The position numbers and the translations under genes are program-made. From NCBI RefSeq assembly GCF_000143415.4, contig NW_003314282.1:1445374-1509373 (forward strand): a DNA stretch of 64,000 bases. The letters are read 5' to 3'. Below, piece after piece: positions 55,390 through 64,000 of this stretch. The notes beneath the pieces are model-generated. The model made no database searches. It was not told where the DNA came from and saw nothing but the letters and a program-made list of their open reading frames with translations. Within the stretch, counting starts at the first letter, position 1; each line of letters starts with the position of its first letter. The stretch comes from Selaginella moellendorffii (lineage: Eukaryota; Plantae; Lycopodiophyta).

Positions 55390-57900
55390 ATGATGATTAA
55401 GTGCCAAAACACTAACATTTATTACAATGAAATTGAAAGAGTAAAGGAGTTGCCCCTTTAATACAATAGGTATGTAGTTTTTGAGTTGCCAGCAGCAACA
55501 TTGCCAACCTCAGGCATGGTAGGAATGGAGCATCCTTTGGATGGACATTGTTGGACATAAACTGAGAAGACAACAATAACAAAGTTTCAAAATACATGAC
55601 AACTTCACGGTGTGCAAGCATAATATCTTGTGATAACTCCTTTTGCAATTTCTACCATACTATAGAAAAAATAAACACACAAGATTGGATGGGAACAATC
55701 GCCACAACCTTACCCAAAGATGCAAGAGTTTGTAAGTACATGCAGGAGACCACATACAAAAAAAAAGGTGAAGCAAGATTGTTGAGGTGCTTATACTGTA
55801 AACAACATTTGATTTGCTTAGAAACATGTAGTTGCAAAGTGTACTACTGTCGGCTCACAACACCAAGTACATAAGGCTGGGTATACACTGTGAATATTAC
55901 AGACATGATGTTCCATTGGGGAAAAGTAGATGAGATTGTGAGGAGTTTTGACGAATGATTGAGGAGAGGTCAAGAACAATGAAAACCCCCAAATCGACTA
56001 CACATTTGATTGTTAAAGATATCATGGCAAAGGAGCTTTTCTCAAAATCAAATGGTAGTTGCAAACATTTGACTGAGAAGGAGCTTAAAGATCTATTCAA
56101 TTGCATGGAAAATATTAAAGATGATCGAAGGTACTTAACATTGAATTGCTTCTAATGGTTTCTCTACTTATTGACAATATTGTGTATGTAGGCTGAGATG
56201 TTGGGTTTATAAAGTTTAGAGTGAACTTTGACCAAATAAAGATGAGTTCAGTAGCATTCAATACTTGGCACAACATGTAAAAATTGATTTCTTCCAAAGA
56301 TCTTTATTCCATTTCAAGTAAGAGATGAAGCAAAGCAGCATTGTCATGGGATGAAAATGTCAACCAAAGGACTTGGTAATGGTGTGGACTTTGTCCATAA
56401 GATGCAACAAGGAGGAGACCTCCAAAACTCTTGGGTATACTTTGACTTTAGTTATCATGTTAAAGGGTGGGTAACTATGGGCACTCATGTATATGATCAT
56501 AAGTAAGTTTTTATTACAACCACATAATTTTTAATGGATATTATATTACAAACTACAAAAGTTGTTAACTATTGCAATATGTGAGTTCAAACAAGAAGAC
56601 TAGTTGTTTTGGACACTACTAAACCAAGTTTACTATATATCAAACTTTGTTGATTGATTTAGGGAATCATACTATATATTAATATTGATACTTAGCAATC
56701 TCACTTAGTTCAATTGGGCTTGACTCAAGGGGTAAGGTGTCAAGAGAGTAAAGCTTTTGGGAGATCTGTGACTTTTATCTTCCATTTACCAAAGTATGAA
56801 CATGTAAGGAAGTGTGGTGGATTATAAATAACAAAAAAAAAACAACTCAAGAAATTATCTATAGAGATTCAAATATATAAAGAAAGACCAAAGTGTATCC
56901 TTTTTCCTAATCAATTAAGGGTCTTGAAAGGTTAAGCATCCTTAGGTCAGAAAGTCTAAATTCATGAGTTTACAACTATAAATATTATCATCCCCAACAA
57001 TTTAATCTCATGAATGATAAGCCCATAATAGGTATTTCAACTATCCACCACTTTCTTGAATGTTATATTTGTCAAAAGAGAATGCTATGAAAAATTGCAA
57101 ACTCTCTATCAATGAAGTTTGCATTGGTATTATAGTCGTCTAAAACTTGAAAAGGAAAATTAGAGCTAGGAGATTGAAGACAATTGATGATGTAGAAGGG
57201 CTTGGATCTAGAACTAAAATGAAGAAGAGAAAAGAAATTATTTAGTCAAATAACCTTTAATTCATTAAACATTGACGTTTACTAGAATCATAAATGTAAT
57301 ATCCATTGCATAAGCATAAGGATGAGGTGGAAGATAAGAACACTACTCTTGAAGGTGGTTTGCATTTTTATAATATATATAAAGGCTATTCTCAATTTGT
57401 TGTTATTGTTTAGCATTAAAGAGGTGCCATTGACATTCTTGCAAACAATTGTCACACCAAATAACAAGATTAATAGTTATTGTAAGAGATATTGAATTTG
57501 GGTGAGAAAACATGAAATCTTTGACATCCTCAAGAAGGTCAAGACAAAAAATTTTCTTGAGAGCTGCATTGTCCTATAAAATATCAATAATAAATATTTA
57601 GAATTCAGATGCATAAGTAGATATTGACTTGGAGCCTTGGCATAATTGCTACAAATTGTGGATTGCAATGTGTTCATAATTAGTATTGCCTAATATGCTA
57701 GTGAAGTGTTGAATGAAAAATCAAAATCTTAGAAAAGAAAGTAACTCTTTTAAAAAAGATGGAAAACCAAAAAAAAGACATTTTAATAAGAAGAGATATG
57801 ATCAATCCCATATATTGATCAAGTTATATGGCATTTGTAATGTATTTTATCTCTCTCCCCTTAAACCAACTAAAAATAATAATTTTTTACTGAAAGAGTC
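55390..57900 (+). mobile_element. Decayed MULE-like transposase with N-terminal GCM-like zinc domain; 3' limit approximate
   Basis: From ATG 55390: ..ERVKELP.*YN.YVVFELP..GMEHPLDGHCWT.., SRCA..ISCDNSFC.F..N..DW.G..CLYC....C...CSCKVYY..R.GIH....H.VP, then MKMSTKG.GNGVDFV.KMQ.GGDLQNSWVYFD....VKGW.TMGTHVYD and KLLTIAICEFKQED*.FWTLLNQV. Many stops and frameshifts. Confidence 0.7.
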
Positions 57901-59789
57901 TTTAATAATTATTTTATCCTTATTTATTCTTTAAAGTTCCAAAACTTTATTATAATAATATAAAATAGTTATATATAGAAGACAACTAGTTATCCACCTA
58001 TACTATAGTCTTTGTCAATAAATAAGACGAAGAACATATTTATAAATGCTCAATATATATAATTTCAATTTTAGAGGTAGGAATATATCTTACTCAAGTA
58101 ACCATTAATCAACTTGTGCCATTTTCTTATGTAGCACACTTTATGTATCTCCTTAAGGTAATTGGAGAAGGTAATTAATTGATAAAAGAGCCTTTAGTGG
58201 TTATTTTATCTCTATTTATATTGATAGTATATCTATATTTTATCCTATGACCACATATACTACAACATCCAAAATCTAGTTTAGTTGAGGAACCACAAAA
58301 CTCAAACCACATGCCATAAAATTGTATTGGTATCATTCATTAACTTAGAACTAAAAAGTTGTTATTAGTGCTTAAGAACTTACTGAGGCTAAAGCTATGA
58401 GTGAAAATCTATATTGGATTTCTCCAATGTTTAGCATGACTTTCACATCAAGATTTAATTAAACCTGAAGAAGAAGATCCAGAGAAGCCATCACTTATTA
58501 AAGTGCTTAAACTGTTGAGAAGCTTATTGTCAAGGGAAGGGAAGATAACACAAATTACTAACAAAAATGATTTATATTAAAACATAATTTTTAAAAAAAT
58601 CTACTTTTATAGGACTAATCTAGTCTAACCCTAATCCATAGGCATCTAAGCTAGATCCCAGATGCCCATTTATGTGGGTATCAAAGGATATTCTCTAGGC
58701 GAGTGAATTAGAGTTCTTGAGGGTATCAAGGAATATTTCCCGTTTTTTCATGAGTAGAGGTCTAAGGTTTAGATCCTATGATGGATAGTGGTGGCAAATA
58801 TACTCCAATAAATATGAAGAGATAGTAAATCATTAACAACTACATTATGTAAAATTAATGGTTTTATGGGAGTTTCCAACAGTCCATTAAAAACTCTAGA
58901 TGTTCCACTAGACTTATTGTCTTAGCCACAGCATTCTTATCAGCGGTAAGCTGCTAGGCTGCTTCTCTGAAGAGATGAGGATGGCAGACTAGGAACTGGC
59001 TGATTGGTGACTCGGGCTCCCAAGGACCAACCAAGGAAGTGGCACCATTTTAAGCTTTGACAGTGTGATGCGGACCTCTTCCCGACCTGGAAACCCATTC
59101 TTTATCCTCAACAAGTCTCTCTTCCCAAAGAATCTTGTGGAAGCCTGCGAGAGATACGAGACAGGAAGCCCAAATCTAGCTACATCTTTGCAAAATTTCC
59201 CTACCGTGAAGTGGATGTTGCGCTTGGCACCGACGCTGGATTGCTGCGCCTGGTATCCACGTCACACGTCAATGTTCCACGTCGGTGTAAAAGGAATATT
59301 GGGAAAGGAATCACATTCATATACAAAAGTAAGTAGATTAATGGATTCAAATGAATCATTCGATTCGTTTGTCCCTTGCTAGATTTTATGTCACGTTTTA
59401 AGTATACTGGAAAACACCAAAAATCTTCAGCTATATTTCTCCACGTTTTCAATGATACTTCCAGCATCCAACACTATCATCAATGACTTCACATTGTGAA
59501 GAACAAACATTGGTCAATCTTATAGATGTATTTGGTAACTAGATTTTGCTTGTTAGCACCGAGTAGTTCACCCAGGCCAACAACATGATTGTGACAAGAA
59601 CTTAGGCTCCCTCAAGACACATCCTTGGAAAGCTTCCCAGCTATGCCCAAACTTTGCCAGCATTTGCCTAATCGAGGCATTTTCTCAACATATGGCCACG
59701 AGCATGGATAGACTTGCCACTCTCCAAGTCTCACAGCTCCGGGCATGCCTCGAGAACGCTCGAGAAAGTAAAGCTATCCGGAGTTGCTT

Positions 59790-59895
59790 CCACTGGGTTG
59801 GTCGAGCTCGTTGGGACGTCTCTGGTGGATCTCTACGCCAAGTGTGAGGAGCTCGAGCCTGCTAGATCCATCTTCGATGCAATGCAGAGGAGGAA
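59790..59895 (+). pseudogene. PPR gene fragment
   Basis: LVGTSLVDLYAKCEELEPARSIFDAMQRRN. Confidence 0.7.
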
Positions 59896-61359
59896 CAACC
59901 ACGATGCTGGGTATAACTCGAGCTGTACGAGCTTTTTCTTTTGAAAGGCACTCAAAAGCTTGATAGCTACACTTATTCTAAGCGTACATGGTTGCAGTGA
60001 AACTGCCAGGGTGATCACACATGGAACTTACTTTATAAGGGCAATTTTTTGTGATACATGCGAAGATTTCCGCAGGAGCGGCGGCGCTACTGCAACGTGT
60101 GTCGTTAGATGCGACTCAAGTGTCGCATCCAATGGCTCTGGACCGCATTTTGCCGCTGGAATGTGCATTCCCGATCGCATCGCGCTCGTCCTCTCGTCGG
60201 TATTGGATTCTTTCTGCCGCTAATCGATTTTGGTACTAGGAGCTCCCAGATCGGATTATATGGATGCGATCCGACCTGTAAAGTTCCTCATTCCCTCATT
60301 CTCTCTAGACTTACATGGAGGTCGTTCTTGTGGGATATGATCCTGTGATCGCATGTCCAGTCAGAGCTCGACTGAGTGGTGAAGCTACGAAGCCTTTTAT
60401 TTGCCTGATTTCAATATCGACTTTGGTTCTAGGTACTATTTAATCGAGCATAAAGGATGCACACATTGTCGGCATGGGAAACGCTCGAGGCATTTCTTTA
60501 ACACCTGGTCTTCCTGGCAGCTGGATCTATACAAAATGTAGAAAATGGTGACATACACTCTTGCAGTCGGGAAGCCAAATCCTAAACTTTCCTGAGGTAA
60601 GTCGCCAAGTTTTACTCTCGTTGAGTAGTGTGATGTGTTTGTCCTTGTAGCATGTCCACCAACGGCGTTGGAGTTCTTTCATCTTGAAAACTGGGAACAC
60701 TGGCAGTATTGGAGGAGAAAAGACGCTCAATTTTGCTGGCTCGACTCTAAGGAGAGAAACCAGGCAACGTATGGCTAGTGAGTATGTTAGTTCTTACAGT
60801 TGCTCTTCGATTGTTCTATTGATTCAGCTCGTGTTTCTCCATCCAGCATTTTATAGAGATTCTATGTGTTGTTGGAAACATGCTCGCTTGCAGGCGATTG
60901 ATCTCAGGCGAGTTTTTCTTCTTTTCTCTTTCTCGTTCGACTCGATATGCAGATAGTGAAGCGGTTTGCATCGATTAGTGATTTACATTGTCGTTGCAGT
61001 GCGAGGCGAGACGATCAAACCTGCCAGGAATGGTGGCCACTTTGAAAGCTTGGATGCATGCCGATGATCCACTTTTCTCCTTGATGATTTGCTCGTTGAC
61101 GCAGCTGCAACTGGTGTGATAGTCATGTGACCACTCGCCTCACAACCCAGCACCGCCCGCCCACCGGCCGCAGCAGCCCAGCACCGCCTGCAACGCCGCC
61201 GCCACCACCGTCACCCGAATTTGGAACTTCAATTAGAAAATTTGACTTAGCAAAAACCTCTAATTTTAACTCCCACGAGACAGCAACGGTCTTTTGGAAA
61301 AGGATTCAATCTCGTCGAACGCGATGCTTGCGACTTCTGCTACTTGCGGCTCATTTTCC

Positions 61360-61563
61360 TTGAAGGGTATAGCTCCCAGCTTTGACACCATCCCTCACGC
61401 ATGCAGCCATGGCTACGAGTTCTTGGTGTCGATGAGTGGCGACTATGGGATCTTTCCAAACGCCAACGCTATGCCTTTTGAGCCGCAAGCTCTTGCTTGG
61501 ACGACGTTACTCTCCAGCAAAGTGGTGCGAAAGGAGCTGGCTGGACTGATTATTGATATGTGA
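61360..61563 (+). pseudogene. Deleted C-terminal fragment of a PLS-E PPR gene
   Basis: GIAPS..TI.HACSHG..FL.SM.GDYGI.P..MPFEPQALAWTTLLS. Confidence 0.7.
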
Positions 61564-61926
61564 CACCGTGATGGGCATTGCTATCGTCCACAAAGCTTTC
61601 GACATGCGTTAAACGAACGAATATTATTTTTGGTGGTGACAAAGTGAGCCAATTATATATAGGAACAGTTGGCAATTTTTCGCAAATTCACCGCGCCACG
61701 TCGGATGCCACGTGGATTAAATCCATGCCGTCAAACTCTTTTCACTTAATCCAAGAAAAAACCCATGTCTCCAACCATTTCGGCTTAATTGCAATAATCT
61801 CTTTAGGGTTAGAGATGTTTCTAATTGACTTTTAATTGTAGATTTGTTACTTTTTATAATACTGAGGCACCAACTAGTGTCTTTTATTTATATGTTAATT
61901 TCTTTGGTAGTTCCTTTGGAGATCCA

Positions 61927-62776
61927 AGGTACCTCACTCGAATTTGGATTTGAAGGAAGAACAAGTGATATTGATATGCAAACAATAATTAATGCTATAG
62001 ATTCTATTATCTCAAATATTGGTAGAAAAGATGATTTTTCAGAAACTTGGTCACATGCTATTACAATACCTTTATCAATAGGAGTAGTAGTTATAAAATT
62101 ATCAAGATTTACTGGAAAATCTCAAAGTTGTGCATCAAGTGGAAAATAATAAAAGGGATACAATTTATGAAGGGTTCAGAAATTTATTAGCTCAATACTC
62201 TTTTAAAATTTTACAAGCAGCTGCAAATTATGCAATTATAACAAGTAAATCATATCAAATTTATTATAGCCATGATGGTTCATTTGAACGAGATAACTTT
62301 ATTAACAACATAATAATCTCTTATGGATTGTAATATATTTAAAAATACTCTATATAGTGGTTCTAAATATACCTCATCATACTTTATTAACAAATGAATA
62401 CTTATCATCCCCAAATTCAAAAGTTTTCTTATTTTTACATTTAAATTGCAATTTAATTTTATATAAAGGAGAATATAAACTATGGCAAACTTTCACTATA
62501 AAAAAAGTTATTACATCATGTTATTTGAGATTAAAAAATGATGGTAATTTTTTATTGTATTCAGAAAAAAATACAGTTGAATGGTCAATAAATATATATT
62601 GTACACCACAACCAAATTGTATTACACCAACTTTTCTTAGTTTGCAAAATAATTGTAAATTAGTATTATATTCCTCAATATCACCAAATGTTGAGGAATG
62701 GACACAATTGTCCAAATGGACAATTGTGGGAAACAAATACTTAATGCTAAAAATATGTATAAATAATTTTAATTAA
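61927..62776 (+). pseudogene. AT-drifted gene: unknown N-terminal domain + bulb-type (GNA/curculin) mannose-binding lectin domain
   Basis: TLLTNEYLSSPN..F.F.L..NCNLILY....LWQT......CYL.LKNDGNFLLY......WS.....L.LQNNCKLVLY gives three QxDxNxVxY-like repeats. The upstream frame has a frameshift and stops. Confidence 0.65.
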
Positions 62777-63780
62777 AGCTATTTAAATTATATGTGTTTT
62801 GGGAAAGATAAGAAATAAATAAATAGTAATAAACATTAAACTTTATTTTTTTTCTAAATATGTTTTATTTTACTTAAAAAAACCTATAAGGGGACTGAGG
62901 TGGTAGTGGATATACTAGACTATACTTGAATATTCTAGGATATTCTATCATTTAATGGTTTCTATTTAAACATGTTTATAATTTATTCATTTTCATAAAC
63001 ACTTCCTAGTATATTTTAGTTTATTCTATCATCTATTACAATTGGATTAATCTTATATTTATAAATTATTAACATGTTTATATTTATTAGTCAATTGGAT
63101 GAATAAATAATACTAAATAGAAATAATACCACTACTAAGAAAGCCATTTGTTGTTGCATGCATCATACAGTCATAATACTATTTTATACTAATTGATAAG
63201 ACAATTATAAAATTTATTTTATTAAAAATTGTTATCTTAGTAGTTATCTATATAATATGTATTAAAATGTTCTTAGTTTAGTGAAAGCAACTTTATTACT
63301 GTCATTCATTATATATAAATTTTATTTTAAATTTAATCTTGGAAAATAAAAATAAAACAAATGCAGACAGCATTTTCTAGCTAACTTTGTATTAAATGTA
63401 TTTTATTATTAAAATATTAAATAAATTATAACTTTATCTAGCTTTTTTTCTTTATTTTTATTTTCTTTATATGATTAAAAATGATATAATATTGTATAAA
63501 AGTATTTAAAATGAACTTTATATTTGTTTTTTACATTAAAATTTTAATTTAAAGTTCTAAACCCTTATTAAGAATCTTTATATCTTGATTTAAAAAAAAA
63601 ATGTTTTAGGGGGAGGTACACCTCCCAAAGGTACCTAGGATGGGCAGCAATTCAATTATTTTGCAAGATAAAACATATATGTGTTTGTGTGAATCACAAT
63701 CCTTATATTTGCATACAACCACATATGAAAATTCACATCTGCTTATTTCCAATATTACACGTCCTCCATTGATCTTCTCC

Positions 63781-64000
63781 CTAGTGGTACTGCAGCAGCT
63801 GGATTGGAGCAGCCCCAGCCCAACACCCAGCCTCCCAGACTCACTCCAGATCTTTGAAAATTCCCTCTCTGGTGAGATCTCAGCCAGCATCGGCAATCTC
63901 TCCAACCTCACTGACCTCAATGTGCACTGCTCAGTTACAACACTGCAGCAGTGTGGCAATCTCATGCAGCTCGACGTCACTGGCAACCGATCCTGGATAT
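63781..64000 (+). pseudogene. Plant-specific LRR fragment (LRR-RLK/RLP-like), runs to the window edge
   Basis: LQIFENSLSGEISASIGNLSNLTDLNV..CGNLMQLDVTGN, in a frame not listed in the ORF track. Confidence 0.65.

Noticed and set aside
50017-58980. Imperfect ~28-bp inverted similarity (about 50017-50046 versus 58952-58980) as possible TIRs of the MTase element
   Set aside because: It is short and does not extend inward. The left copy lies in PPR pseudogene sequence, and no TSD was seen. Element ends remain undefined.
59065-59382. 105-aa ORF as a gene
   Set aside because: It has no recognisable motif and lies among decayed fragments.

Overview
This is eukaryotic plant nuclear DNA, most likely from a lycophyte such as Selaginella. 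That is an inference from the high gene density, 50-70 bp introns, many PLS/SS-type PPR genes and telo-box promoters. The first ~47 kb is gene-dense: class-3 lipase, Delta14-sterol reductase (FACKEL), an NZF + NIP-type RING-H2 E3 ligase, three PORR-domain genes, four PPR genes, a Gfo/Idh/MocA oxidoreductase, a fungal-type secreted FAD oxidase, a fibrillin, a euAP2 transcription factor, a START/LFS-like protein, EXO70, a plastid RRM protein, a Crinkler-like SAM/pseudo-REase/kinase, a stand-alone enolase-phosphatase E1 and a GT90 glycosyltransferase. The last ~16 kb is largely decayed and mostly AT-rich. It holds PPR, B-lectin and LRR pseudogenes. It also holds the main finding, which the ORF track splits into small pieces: a fossil DNA-transposon-like unit (~50.3-57.9 kb). 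In it a GCM-like/MULE-type transposase (+) lies head-to-head with a prokaryote/phage-style ParB-like + beta-class N6-adenine/N4-cytosine DNA methyltransferase gene (-). All homology calls come from motif recognition by eye; no searches were run.
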